Part shown: piece by piece, positions 12,000 to 25,313 of the stretch
How positions within the stretch are numbered: position 1 is the first letter of the stretch
How the letters are laid out: each line of letters starts with the position of its first letter
From: Octopus sinensis
Taxonomy: Eukaryota
DNA length: 64,000 nucleotides
Direction of reading: 5' to 3'
Assembly: GCF_006345805.1 (NCBI RefSeq)
Contig: NC_043009.1
Coordinates: forward strand, 23,622,001-23,686,000
Translations under genes and position numbers: made by a program
Notes under the pieces: generated by a model
Databases searched by the model: none
What the model was told of the DNA's origin: nothing
What the model saw: only the letters and a program-made list of their open reading frames with translations

Positions 12000-13920
12000 A
12001 GTTCTTCCACTGCTATATATTTTAGGTATTTCCCATTTTTTTTCACATTCCTTCCTTTCACTGCTTCGTAGATCCCGTTGACACTTAATTTCAGTGAGAT
12101 CATCGGTAGTTAAGTCTTTTGATTGTGAAGCCATTAACGCGATCATATTTTCCTGAATCAACATCTTTAAGACAAGCAAAGCTGTGTGGTTGAGAAATTT
12201 GCTTTGCAAACCATATGGTTTCAGGTTCAGTCCTGCTGCGCTGCATCTTGGGCAAGTGTCTTCACTATGGCCTCGGGGCAGACCGATACCTTGTGGTTGA
12301 CGGAGATACAACACTTAAAAGTGAAAACAAATTATAGTAATAAGTCAAGGAGTCGATTTGTTCGACTAAACCTTCGAAAGCGATACCTGAAAAGCAAGTA
12401 AAAGGTAAAAAAAAAAAGTGCCCATGACGCCTCTAATGGCACCAAAGTATTGATCGAATTCTTTTAATTTTTTTGATGCCATAAAAGTCATTGAAGTATT
12501 TCAGGTTAATGTTTTTCCAGACTGTTCTCAGATACTATCTCTCACTTCTTCCTAAGACTTAAGGAGGTGTGTAACTGGTTATTTGATGTTAATTATTTGC
12601 CAAAAATTTCTGAAAGTGACATCCAGTTATAACTTTAATTACCTATCTGACAAATCCATCCAATATTCCAATATGATAACCTTCGAATGTAGCTGTAGTT
12701 CCTTAATCTGTACTAAGGATATCCTTTTCTACTCTAGGCACAAGGCCCGATTGCTTGTAGTTTCCATTTAAGATCCATTGGTTAATCGTCTTGATAAATA
12801 AGCATCAGTTTTAAATTGGAGTCTTTCTCAGCTGTTCTTCTTAGTAGCGGAATAAACAGTCTTTTGATGCTTTTAACCAGGTGACAATGCTTCACTTTTA
12901 CCAAAATACTTCTTGATGGCATTTTCTTCTAGACAATTCCAGTTTCAATCAAGAACAAATTATCATTGGAATTATTTTATTCCAATTATTTTCTTTAACA
13001 CAGCAGAATATTTAATTGCAGTAACTTTATCTGAATTCGCAATTTTTGTTATTTTCACGGTTTTCATTCCTTTTTGAAATATAGTCTAAGCAACATTTGT
13101 AGGTATAATACAGAGTATCTCATAGTGATGGGGGTACATTTTAAACGCAAGTAACTAGGACTGAAGCATAATTTTTAAATTAATAATATAATTCATAACT
13201 AAGGTACATTATGTGACTCCCTGTATATTTTTACTCGTTTCAGGTTTTAGACTGCGGCCATGCTGGAGCACCACCTTAAAGGGTTTAGTCGAATAAATCG
13301 ACATCAGTACTTAGTACTTCTTTTTTTTTACTCTGTAGTACTTATTTTATCGCTCTCTTTTGTCAAAAACAACTTATTTACGAGAATGTAAACACCGGTT
13401 GTCAAGCGATGGAAGAGTGACACAGACAAACACGAACACACACACATATGTACATGACAGGCTTCCACACAGTTTTCGTCAACTAAATTCACTCACTAGA
13501 CATTGGTCGGACCAAGGCTAAAGAATAAGACACTTGCCCAAGGTTCCACGCAGCGTGACTGAACCCGCTATCACGGGATTGCAAAGCGAGCTTCTTCACC
13601 ACACATCAGATGCAGTTCTGTTCATAATATTATTGGCCTGAATTGGTATTCGTTGCTAATTACAATCTTGAAACCGTTTTATTAATAATTCTCTTTTCCT
13701 TAATCTCAAACATTATTTGGACCTTAATTCCCACCGCATTGCAAATTTAATGATATTGTTCTTTTCTTACATTGGTTCCCGTACACACTTGTATTGCCCC
13801 ATACAGTTTACATCGTAGACTCAATAAAATCTCTCTTCTGATCTTAGCTTTGTTTTCACCATAATCAAACTTTTTAATAATTTCGAGTTTAACGTCTAGA
13901 GTAATAATCTTTCTTTTCAT
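12000..13920 (-). pseudogene. Degenerate Tigger/pogo-family transposase, interrupted by SINEs
   Basis: Minus-strand pieces in the expected order: MKRKIITLDVKLEIIKKFDYGENKAKIRRE (CENP-B-type HTH, ATG at 13920); DCN*QRIPI; ETGIV*KKMPSR; D*GTTATFEGYH (DQGVIATFKAYY-like); TFRNFWQIINIK; VWKNINLKYFNDFYG; LMASQSKDLTTDDLTEI. Many stops and frameshifts. Confidence 0.8.
13225..13605 (-). mobile_element. SINE family A inserted in the Tigger remnant
   Basis: Tail gactgcggccatgctggagcacc through head ...gaacccgctatcacgggattgc. Confidence 0.75.
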
Positions 13921-14687
13921 TTTATTACTTTCAACAGTTCTTCATGTCAACATGGTTAGGCGGGGGTAATATCTAAACTTCAAAAGAATGTGATAAATTT
14001 GTAAGTAAACGGTCCATTCTCACTTGTGGCCTGCCAGAAACTAAGATGTAGTAACGAAGGTAGGGAAACGATGTCGCCTCAGCTGGTCATTTGCAGCTGT
14101 TTACACTCAAAGTATAATAATAAAAACACAGCGTACATAAACACCACGGAAAGGTGTAAAATTATCGTCTAAAACTTTTTAATGTGAATTTATTTTCTAA
14201 AACTCTTTAATTATTTTTTATTAGGTTAAAATTTCAGCTTGTAGTAACTCTTAGCGATTGTTTTGTATTTCTTAGCTATATTATCGAGCATTAGATAGTT
14301 CATGTTTGGAGTAACTATATATACCGCACGCTCACACGGACCCCGGCCTTCTGACTGACTTGAATAACCAATTCCTGGATTTTTACACCTACGGATTACT
14401 GTTACCATTCATCCGGAATACGCCACTGTGATCGTGATTGGAAATCCTCAAAAAATTTGTCCGTGACTCTTCCACTTTTTCTCGTCCTCTAAATCCTCCT
14501 TCTTTCTTTCCTTTCCTGAGCGTCCAATAACACTATACTTGTTCTACGTCCTCACGTTGTTGTGTTTTCTCTTTGTTCATGTTTCGAGTAACTATATTCA
14601 TCGCTGGTTAAGGCTATGAAAGTAACCAAGGTGTAACGCTGGCGTCGGTGAAATGGATGTTGATGTAATCATGCAAGAACATAAACC

Positions 14688-15288
14688 TATTTCTTTACTA
14701 CCCACAAGGGGCTAAATACAGAGGAGACAAACAAGGACAGACAGACGGATTAAGTCGATTATATCGACCCCAGTGCGTAACTGGTACTTAATTTATCGAC
14801 CCCGAAAGGATGAAAGGCAAAGTCGACTTCAGCGGAATTTGAACTCAGAACGTAACGACAGATGAAATATCTATTTCTTTACTACCCACAAGGGACTAAA
14901 TACAGAGGAGACAAACAAGGACAGACAGACGGATTAAGTCGATTATATCGACCCCAGTGCGTAACTGGTACTTAATTTATCGACCCCGAAAGGATGAAAG
15001 GCAAAGTCGACTTCAGCGGAATTTGAACTCAGAACGTAACGACAGATGAAATATCTATTTCTTTACTACCCACAAGGGGCTAAACACAGAGTGGACAAAC
15101 AAGGACAGACAAAGGGATTAAGTCGATTATATCGACCCCAGTGCGTAACTGGTAATTAATTTATCGACCCCGAAAGGATGAAAGGCAAAGTCGACCTCAG
15201 CAGAATTTGAACTCACAACATAACAACAGACGAAATCCCGCGAAGCATTTCGCTCGGCGTGCTAACGTTTCTACCAGCTCGCCGCCTA
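14688..15288 (-). mobile_element. Tandem array of three SINE B units; only the outer unit has the tRNA head
   Basis: Unit starts at 14688, 14872 and 15056 (184-bp period). Head GGCGGCGAGCTGGTAGAAACGTTAGCACGCC at 15288. Confidence 0.9.
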
Positions 15289-16369
15289 CCATACTCTTTG
15301 ATAATGTCAAGAAAAATCAAGAAATCCCAATTCACGGATCTATTCGTAATTTCGATGAACTCATACGACAGCATTGATATATGCGATGAAATTACTTTGA
15401 ATACTTACTAATTCTAACATCGGGTTCAACCGAAACGAGGGATTAGCCGTATCACACAACAACAGACAAAACTTTAGACAAAAAAACCCCCTCATAGTCA
15501 CTACAAACAAAGAAGGACTGAAGTTAATGTATGTGCGAACTTACATACGTACTTGCCTTCACGTGCATAAATATAACCCATCCCACTTGAAAATAGCATC
15601 ACCACCGCTCTAGCTTGGCCTCTTATGTACTCGCGTGCTTTCATCCCAGGAAGCCACGTATACACTTGATATTTATTACTTTCTCTTATTTACTGCCAAA
15701 GACACGCATTCCCTCTTTTCACACACTTGATAGTGTTTTTCTTTCAAACTGGTAACTTCTTGGGGTACATACGCACGCACACTCGCGCGCGCGCACACAC
15801 AGACACAGACACGTGCACATACGCACGCACACATACACACACATACGCACGCACACATACACACACATACATATATGTATGTGTAGTTTCACGTGATTGC
15901 TGGTCATGCCACTCCGGTTTGTCACGAAGTAGTAATCAGGAAAACTCGGAAAATGGTACTTGTGTTGTACAAGCCTTTATCACTTATAATCCAACGAACT
16001 ACATATGTTATTGCAACCTCGTTTGTCACCCTGTCTCCTGAAAGTCCTAAGGTGATGGAAGAGGGACGACGACGTAAGCGGACCTAACCAATTAGAAGCG
16101 CATTGTAAATGACAACATTCGTCTGTCACCTATGCTTCGAACGACACAAATTTGCAAAGGGACTAAATTGTCATCTGAAAGGTCATGGACAGAGAGTCGA
16201 AAATGGCATCGGCAACGTAGAAGCAAGAAAAGACGGCAATCATCTGTGAAGATGGAACAATCACCATATGTGTATGAATGTACAGATGTATATATCTACG
16301 CGCGCGCGTACACACAAAAACACACACAAACACATACATATACTTGTATTTATTTATATGCATGTATAT

Positions 16370-16396
16370 ATATAAATATATGTATAGATATATATG

Positions 16397-16448
<52 letters not shown>

Positions 16449-16510
16449 TATATGTATAGATATATATGTATATATATGTATGTATATATATATATGTATA
16501 GATATATATG

Positions 16511-16562
<52 letters not shown>

Positions 16563-16596
16563 TATATGTATAGATATATATGTATATATATGTATG

Positions 16597-16628
<32 letters not shown>

Positions 16629-16668
16629 TGTATAGATATATATGTATATATATGTATGTATATATATA
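16370..16668. repeat. Higher-order (TA/TATG/TAGA) minisatellite
   Basis: Recurrent gtatagatatatatgtatatatatgtatg blocks; the source of the CIY/MYI ORFs. Confidence 0.9.
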
Positions 16669-16669
16669 A

Positions 16670-16870
16670 CGGGAAGCTTTATGAAAATAAACAAAAGACG
16701 AAGGCAGGTGGAAAACAAACGAACAATTGTATTAGTATGGCGCTCAGGAAATATAAATAAAACAAGTCTTTAACGTTTCGAGCCTACGCTCTTCAACAGA
16801 AAGATACACAGAGAGAGAAAAACACAGAAAGAAGGAGAGAAAAATAATGCGTGCAGTAGCTAACGAATCA
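16670..16870 (-). repeat. Family E element with hammerhead-like variant core (CTGTTGA)
   Basis: Minus strand reads tcttt-CTGTTGA-A-GAGCgtagGCTC-GAAA-CGTT-aaaga; it abuts a (TA)n tract. Confidence 0.55.
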
Positions 16871-17798
16871 ACATGGCGATCTGATTTCGGCCAGAGGTCA
16901 AAGATCAAACATGAGACGCGAGAGCGAAATAAGGGGAGATAATAGGGTTGAGGGACCAGCTAAAAGTGCGTGGGAGGGGTCTGGATGTGTATGTATAGGG
17001 TTGGTGTATGTATTAGTATGTATAAGGGTGTGTGTGTGTGTGTGTGTGTATGAGAGAGTATTAGTGCGTGGGATTGGTCTGGACGTGCGTATGTATGGGG
17101 TTGGTGTATGTATTAGTATGTATTAGTATGTATTAGTACGTATTGGTATGTATAGGTGTGTGTGTGTGTGTGTGAGAGAGTATAAGTGCGTATGCGGGGT
17201 CTGGACGTGTGTATGTATAGGGTTGGTGTAAGTATTAGTATGTACTAGTATGTATTAGTACGTATTAGTATGTATTAGTTGGTGTGTGTATTAGTATGGC
17301 ACATCATATGTGATGTGATGTGTAAAGTCATGTGGTGTAGTGAGATATGTATATATATATGTATAGATATATATGTATGTGTATATATATGTGTATATAT
17401 ATATATCTATATCTATCTATCTTTCTCTCTCTCTCTATATATATATATAGTATATATATATATATAGTATATATATATATATAGTATATATATATATATA
17501 TATATACACTCTCATTTATATACATACATATATATGTACGTAGACGTAGTCATATATATGTATATATATCTTTAATCATTTCTAGGTCGTTTGAACAATC
17601 AAGGCCCGGCACATACCGGAAAGACCGCTACAGCACGATATCAGCGTAAAGTACAAACTCAAATCTTCCCATAGATCCCTCTCCCCACCATCCTCTTCAT
17701 TTCACGGTTACACCCTCAATCTAACAAGGAAACATCCAGTTTCCATTTTTAACAAATTATTGAAAAATAAAACCATCGTTTCTTAAAATAACTTTTTA

Positions 17799-18250
17799 CA
17801 AAAGGAACTGAAAAGGGAACTGGAGTTCTATACCCTAGAGAAAAGGCGTGGAAGATATGCAGTGATATACATGTGGAAGATTCTGAAAGCTATAGGAACC
17901 ACCGAACTGGGTGGTATCGCATAGTACCAGAGATCCCGTTTTCTCTATCTAGAATAAGTACCCAATACTGTAATAGCTTGGGTTTGAAGGATCGAAGCGT
18001 ATTCAACATTCTGCCTAGCAATCTCAGAGATTTGCGAGATGTAGATGTGGAGTCCTTGAAAATGTGTCTGGACGAATTTTTATCTGAGATGCTAGATGAA
18101 TCCGTATCGCGCAGGAAACACAAAGAAGAGCAGCTTCGTCCAACTCGCTATTTCACCATAAACTGCTCAGAAAAAGGAGCCCAATCCCACGGAAAGGCGG
18201 TGCTCCAGGATGACCTCAGGCTCTGGCTGAAATAAGTACATAATTAAAGA
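17799..18250 (+). mobile_element. CR1-like LINE 3' fragment
   Basis: ELEFYTLEKRRGRYAVIYMWKILK...YCNSLGLKDRSVFNILPSNLRDLRDVDVESLKMCLDEFL...AASSNSLFHHK (CR1-type C-terminus, frameshifted). Tail aggcggtgctccaggatgacctcagg...ctgaaataagta. Confidence 0.75.
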
Positions 18251-18811
18251 TATAAGCTAAGCAATAAAATTTCTATCGTGACCATCACTAAAATATATAA
18301 AAAAACGAGGGCTTGGAAATCAACGTGACAGTATTTATTGTAACAATTCTTTATTGTTCGTTCCTCATTTCTACAAAAAGCAGTCTTTCGTTTATTCATA
18401 TATGTCCAGAGTACATCAAGAAGTTTAATTTTATTTATTTATTTATTTAAAGACAAAATTTTTTATAACAAATATTAAATTCTTCAAAACCATCTGGCTG
18501 CCAGAAGTGTGGAATATTTTAATGTTGAATGTGTTCTTTTTATTACTTTCATTGGTAACTTAAGTGCCGTGTTTGTGTTTGTGCTGATCATCGCGATTCT
18601 ATGCGCATGTCTTCTATGTGTGTGTGTGTGTGTGTGTGTCTGTGTCTGTGTGTATGTATACATACACGCACTGAAACATAGTGACAAAGACATACACACA
18701 CATGCATAGACATTTATAAATGTGTATTATTATGCATATAAATGCCAATGTATATATATACACATATATATGTGTGCGTGTGTATGATTGTGTATATGTG
18801 TAGACATGTAT

Positions 18812-18852
<41 letters not shown>

Positions 18853-18856
18853 TATA

Positions 18857-18908
<52 letters not shown>

Positions 18909-18989
18909 CATACGTTTATATATTTGTTGTACAAGATTTTTTATGTGAAGTCGTGTGTTGAAACAGATATTGTTATAATTCGGAATGGT

Positions 18990-20294
18990 CATTTTGCCAG
19001 TTTAGCCAATAAAAACACACGCACTATATATTTGGTGTTACTTTGCTTCAGTGTTATTTATTTTTTATATTAATCTTAATCTTATTTCGGCCAGAGTTCT
19101 TTCGTCACACTCCTGTGAGCGCATCAGTGGTCCTTTGTTTTCTTCTTTCTTATTTGTGTCTCTCCTTACTAACCGTCAGCCATTTTGTATTTCTATTGTA
19201 TGTCTTCATTTGCGCATGCTTATATCTCTATGTGCGTCTATTTAGTGTGTGTGGGGGGATGCCTGTAATATTTGTATCTTCTGTAATTTGTTTTTGTTGT
19301 TGTTGTTTTTGTTTATTCTTATTTTGTTCATGTGTTTACATCCACTTATTATTATCATTACATATGTTTGTATGTATGTATGTATAACAACAATACTAGT
19401 AATAATAATAATAAATCGAAAAAAAAAGTTATTTATTTCTATTTGTTTATTTATCTGTGTATTTATTATCTTTTCGGGATCCTCTACCGTCATATGTTGT
19501 GGTGTGTGCTAGTGTTCCATTTTAGTTTTCTATTCAGGCTAGGTTTATTTTCTATTATGTGTGTAGCTTCTGAAATGTGTCTGATTACATGAACGTATAT
19601 AAACAGAAGATACAAATATTACAGGTATCCCCCCCCCCGCACACTAAATAGACGCACATAGAGATATAAGCATGCGCAAATGAAGACATACAATAGAAAT
19701 ACAAAATGGCTGACGGTTAGTAAGGAGAGACACAAATAAGAAAGAAGAAAACAAAGGACCACTAATGCGGTCACAGGAGTGTGACGAAAGAACTCTGGCC
19801 GAAATAAGATTAAGATTAATGTAAAAATAAATAACATGGCTGTGTGGTAAGTAGCTTGCTAACCAACCACATGGTTCCGGGTTCAGTCCCACTGCGTGGC
19901 ATCTTGGGCAACTGTCTTCTGCTATAGCCCCGGGCCGACCAATGCCTTGTGAGTGGATTTGGTAGACGGAAACTAAAAGAAGCCCGTCGTATATATATAT
20001 ATATATATGTGTGTGTGTTTGTGTGTGTGTGTTTGTCCCCTAGCATTGCTTGACAACCATTGCTGGTGTGTTTACGTCCCCGTCACTTAGCGGTTCGGCT
20101 AAAGAGACCGATGAATAAGTACTGGGCTTACAAAGAATAAGTCCTGGGGTCGATTTGCTCGACTAAAGGCGGTGCTCCAGCATGGCCGCAGTCAAATGAC
20201 TGAAACAAGCAAAAGAGAGTAAAAGAGTAACACTGAAGCAAAGTAACACCAAATATATAGTGCGTGTGTTTTTATTGGCTAAACTGGCAAAATG

Positions 20295-20295
<1 letters not shown>
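18990..20295. repeat. Fold-back element with ~290-bp inverted arms; SINE A inserted in the right arm
   Basis: 19065-19280 is the reverse complement of about 19605-19835. 18990-19060 is the reverse complement of about 20229-20295. Confidence 0.75.
19836..20228 (+). mobile_element. SINE family A, near full length
   Basis: Head, body, (TA)n(TG)n and tail all present. Confidence 0.9.
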
Positions 20296-20331
<36 letters not shown>

Positions 20332-20346
20332 ACATATATATATATA

Positions 20347-21594
20347 TATAAGAATGAATGTTTTTATATATAATGAACGTGAAATACAGGAAGGGACGAA
20401 CACGGAACACAGACAAATCATTCGAAGCCTTCAATCTTCAGTCAGACACCGAATCATCATAGCAAATTTCGGCTGTTCAATTCTGATATTTGCTCCAACT
20501 CGGCCAGCCCCAAGAAAAAAAACTAAGCTGTAAGCATTAGATTTCTTGGTAGAAGACAGGAATGTGAACGCACAAGACGGATGTGAATACAAGAGACGAA
20601 AACGAAATTGAAAACAGTAATGAAAAAACAAAACATATATAACGGTGGTTGTCATACGACTTTAGACCAAATGAGACAAAAAAACAACAACATAGCAGCT
20701 GGCGTAGAAATAATTACCGTTTTGGTAGCGGGGACACATGTTGGTCGAGATACGAAGGCCAACAGAATGGTTGAAGAAGCAGCAAGTCGCAGGAGAGAGA
20801 GAAAGAGAGACAGAGAGAGAGGGAATCAAAGAGGGTGGAAGGCAGGGGACATAATCAGTGACCAAGAGAGAAGGAGAAAGAAGGGATTAAGGAGGATGGG
20901 AGGAAGAGAGGGGAAGAATCGGAGGGCGCCAAAAAGTTTGGTGAAGAAGCAATGGCGGGTAGTAAAAGACAGTGTGTATAGAAGTCGTGCAGGGTTTAAA
21001 ATTGGACAAACAAACGGGGGGGGGGGGGGGTGCACGTAACGCCGCAATAATATAAGAATGAATGTTTTTATATATAATGAACGTGAAATACAGGAAGGGA
21101 CGAACACGGAACACAGACAAATCATTCGAAGCCTTCAATCTTCAGTCAGACACCGAATCATCATAGCAAATTTCGGCTGTTCAATTCTGATATTTGCTCC
21201 AACTCGGCCAGCCCCAAGAAAAAAAACTAAGCTGTAAGCATTAGATTTCTTGGTAGAAGACAGGAATGTGAACGCACAAGACGGATGTGAATACAAGAGA
21301 CGAAAACGAAATTGAAAACAGTAATGAAAAAACAAAACATATATAACGGTGGTTGTCATACGACTTTAGACCAAATGAGACAAAACAACAACAACATAGC
21401 AGCTGGCGTAGAAATAATTACCGTTTCGGTAGCGGGGACACATGTTGGTCGAGATACGAAGGCCAACAGAATGGTTGAAGAAGCAGCAAGTCGCAGGAGA
21501 GAGAGAAAGAGAGACAGAGAGAGAGGGAATCAAAGAGGGTGGAAGGCAGGGGACAGAATCAGTGACCAAGAGAGAAGGAGAAAGAAGGGATTAA
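20347..21594. repeat. Recent direct tandem duplication, 704-bp period (second copy truncated)
   Basis: agaatgaatgtttttatatataatgaacg at 20351 and 21055; only a few substitutions between the copies. Confidence 0.9.
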
Positions 21595-21646
21595 TGTATA
21601 TATATATGTATATACACACACACACCACACACACACACACACACAC

Positions 21647-21710
<64 letters not shown>

Positions 21711-22204
21711 CATATATATATATACATATATATACATGCATCCTCTCTCTCTTCTATCTTTTCTCTTTTCAAAAAAAAATGTTTCTCCAAGCTTTCACTA
21801 TTTTTGTTTCGTTCTGGTCTAACGACCCGCCATGTTTTGTTTTCGATCGGTTTCTTTGTATGTCTCCTCTGTCATGTTTTTGTTCCCCACTTTGACTCTC
21901 CATAAATCCCCAATTTTATTTTAGAATTCATGGTACCAACTATCTTTGAAGACTCATATTGTCGTTGAATGCTCGAAATGACGAGCTGATAGACAGCCAA
22001 CAACTGATAAAGGGTCCTTTCTCTGTGTTTACTTGTCCTGTTTTCTATTTTTTCTCGTTTTTTACGTATTTAACTTATTTGTTTACATATTTCATGTTAT
22101 TTGCACTGCTGGTTGCGTCATGTACCCATATATGCATGTATATATAATAAATAACATATAATAAATTGTATACAATATATAATATAATATAATATAATAT
22201 AATA

Positions 22205-22470
22205 TAATATAATATATATCGCTAGCTACTAAACCGTTTTTATTTTCTCTGCCCCTTTATTTCTGTGTCTCTTTCTGTTGAAGAGCGTAGGCTCCAAACG
22301 CAAAAGACTGTCTTACTTCCCGAGCCTTAAACTAATACTTCTGTTTGTTGTTTACCCACCCGTCTTCGTCTTTTGCTTCTATCGTAAATTCTCAGTATAT
22401 ATATAATATTTCCACCTGCCTTCGTCTTTTGTTTATTTTCATAAAGCTTCCCGTTATATATATATATATT
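22205..22470 (+). repeat. Family E element
   Basis: ctttctgttgaagagcgtaggctccaaacgcaaaaga...cataaagcttcccgttatata, between AT-rich microsatellites. Confidence 0.55.
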
Positions 22471-22627
22471 TATATATATATATGTATATAATATTATGTA
22501 TTATTTATATGTTAATTATTATATATCCAAGCATGTATGGCTACAGGACGTCACCAGCGGTACAAATAACATGAAATACGTAAACATATATATTACATAT
22601 TACTTATTACACATACACGTGCACATA

Positions 22628-22703
<76 letters not shown>

Positions 22704-22716
22704 ACAAACAAACATA

Positions 22717-23995
22717 GAGGGTGTGATGGGTACATTGTCGTCATTTTATATTCTTAATTTCACGCATGCACATTGTTTGCTTTTGATTTTGTTGACTACA
22801 TAGTATAGTAGGGTCAGTTGGACACCGTTTGTGAGAAAAACAGCACCATGATGCAATTCACTCTGCCAGAAATTTGGTAACGACATGCTGTTCTGCTTGG
22901 CATTGGCACCGGAAGCACCAATGCGAACATTTCAGAGTGTTAGGGTGTCAATCTGAGGACAGTGCAGAGAATTCGGAAAGAGTTGGATGAATTTAATGGT
23001 GATTATGAATGTACAGTAGCTCAAAACATTCACTCTGTTTGTTCTGATAACAAAAGAACTGAATTTGTTGGTGAGATCCAGACTATGATTGACAACGTAC
23101 CTCCAATTCAACCAGGTCTATTGCCAGGGACATGGGAGTTTCTGAGTTTCTTATCAAGCAGGTACTGCATGAAGACATTCGGTATACCTCATACAAGATG
23201 AGAAAGAGCCAATTTTTATCCCAAGCTATCAAGGACAAGAGGAAAGGCTGTGCTACGAAGCTTTTCAACAAACTCATGCATCCCCTCCAACCGAACATGT
23301 TCTGGTTTTTCTCAAGGATTAGATGGTGAATCCACAAATTAACCGTTGGCTTGCCCTGTCCCCAAAACATTATTGAGAGTGATAAAAATCAAACATCCAG
23401 TCAACATGTGGTGTTTGGAATGATCACTAGTGATAGCGATATTATGCCTCCATTCATCTTCCCACACTGCCTCAGACTCAACATGAAGGCTTACGTCAAG
23501 TGCATGGAGGAGATAGTGTTGCCCTGGGTCAAGAGGGTGGCTGCTGAAAGACCCTATGTCTGACAACAGGACTCTGCACCATGTCACACAAGCAGGAGAA
23601 CCCAGTCATGGCTGACAGACAATTTCTGCGACAACATCACCACTATCATCAGACCACCTAACTCCCTAGACTGCAACTCCCTTGATTATTATGTGTGGGG
23701 CGCAGTCGAGCGAGAGACCAACAAAACTCCTTGTAACACCAAATATGAACTGAAGGCACAGATTATGGCAGTATTCACCAACGTAAACAAGGAGACCATC
23801 CAGAAGAGTTGCAGGAGACTCCGAAGTCATCTGGAGGCCGTGGTCAAAGCCAATGACGATTTTATTGGATAAATTTATTTTTTAGCATTTCGAGATATTT
23901 TCACGTAATTTTGGTAAATATATCTGTTAAAATGAGACATCAGTGTTATTTTCATTTTTGCGTAATTTAGACGACAATTTATTTGCCGCATTCTG
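22717..23995 (+). mobile_element. Full-length inactive Tc1/mariner DD37D (maT) element
   Basis: TA flanks; imperfect TIRs sharing attgtcgtc. Transposase pieces ...MFWFFS[deletion]...HVVFGMITSDSDIMPPFIFPHCLRLN...PYV*QQDSAPCHTSRRTQSWL...RPPNSLDCNSLDYYVWG. I counted 37 residues between the second and third Asp. Confidence 0.9.
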
Positions 23996-24064
23996 TATAT
24001 ATGTATATACATACACATATATACATATATGCGTGTATAGGTAGAAGTGTATATATGTATGTGG

Positions 24065-24121
<57 letters not shown>

Positions 24122-24134
24122 ATATATATATATG

Positions 24135-24330
24135 TATCATTAATTAATAAATTTTAGGGTAGCAAAAAATTCTAGAAAAATTATCCGCTACCAGCGGTCA
24201 AGTGAGAAAGAAAAAATAGTCAATAGACTATGTAATATACATTCAAACATTTCAGAATTACAACTATTAGTGGTTTGGAGTTTGGCTGCTCTTTCTAGTG
24301 AGTCGGATGTCCTATTATGGCCATCCCTTA
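24135..24330. repeat. (TA)n-flanked short element related to 30630-31205
   Basis: Shared tttagggtagcaaaaa...cgctaccagcgg...aaatagtcaa. Confidence 0.6.
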
Positions 24331-25243
24331 TATGTTTGAATATATATATATGTATATGCATTTATATATATATATGCGTGTCTATCTATCTATCTATATA
24401 TATAATATATATACACGCGTATGTATTTTTTGTATATGTATTTTGTATTTGTACATATAATCTTTAATGTATACACATACACATTCATATACATACATAC
24501 ACATACACAGACAAACCGACACATATTCACACACCTAACTTCACAAGGACGTGCTTATAAATAACAAGCTGTTAACAATTAAGGCTATCGACAATAATTA
24601 GACGTAGCTGTTTCCCCTTTGCCCACCTCCCACGGGACGGAACGGAACAGGAATGGAAATGGAGAGCTAGAATATGACAGAGTGAAGTCTTCGCGGAAGC
24701 TATGTCTTCCAGATTATTATTTTGGGGGAGGGGTGGGGGTGGTTGTGGGGGGAATACTTTTCAGACTTTTTATAGACATCCATGAAATCCGCATCATGGG
24801 TCGGGTTATTTCTGCAAGACTGGCTCCCGTAGATAGAGCTTCTGGCTATGTTCAATGTGTATGTATGTATGAATGTATGTATGTATGTATGTATGTATGT
24901 ATGTATGTATGTATGTGAGGGAATGTGTGTGCGTGTGTGTGTGTGTGTGTATGTGTGTGTTTGATTTTGTGCGTGTGTATATGTATATGTATGGCCACAA
25001 CCTTAGGGCTAAAACGTGTAAATGCGTAAAAGAGAATATATATATATATATATATTTCTCATGAACGGTCACGTGAAACTTAGTAACAGTTTGTGAAGAT
25101 TTTTTTCAGATTTAATAAAATATCTATTACCTACTACTCTACCTTTTGGTATTCGGGTACTATTTTTTCACCTTGTTTTGCATTATGCGCTTACATGTGT
25201 GTATAGACATACGTACGTACATATATACATACATACAAATGTA

Positions 25244-25313
<70 letters not shown>

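Noticed and set aside
14688-15288. Regular repeats resembling a CRISPR array
   Set aside because: The units are whole SINE bodies with no unique spacers, the context is eukaryotic, and no cas genes are present.
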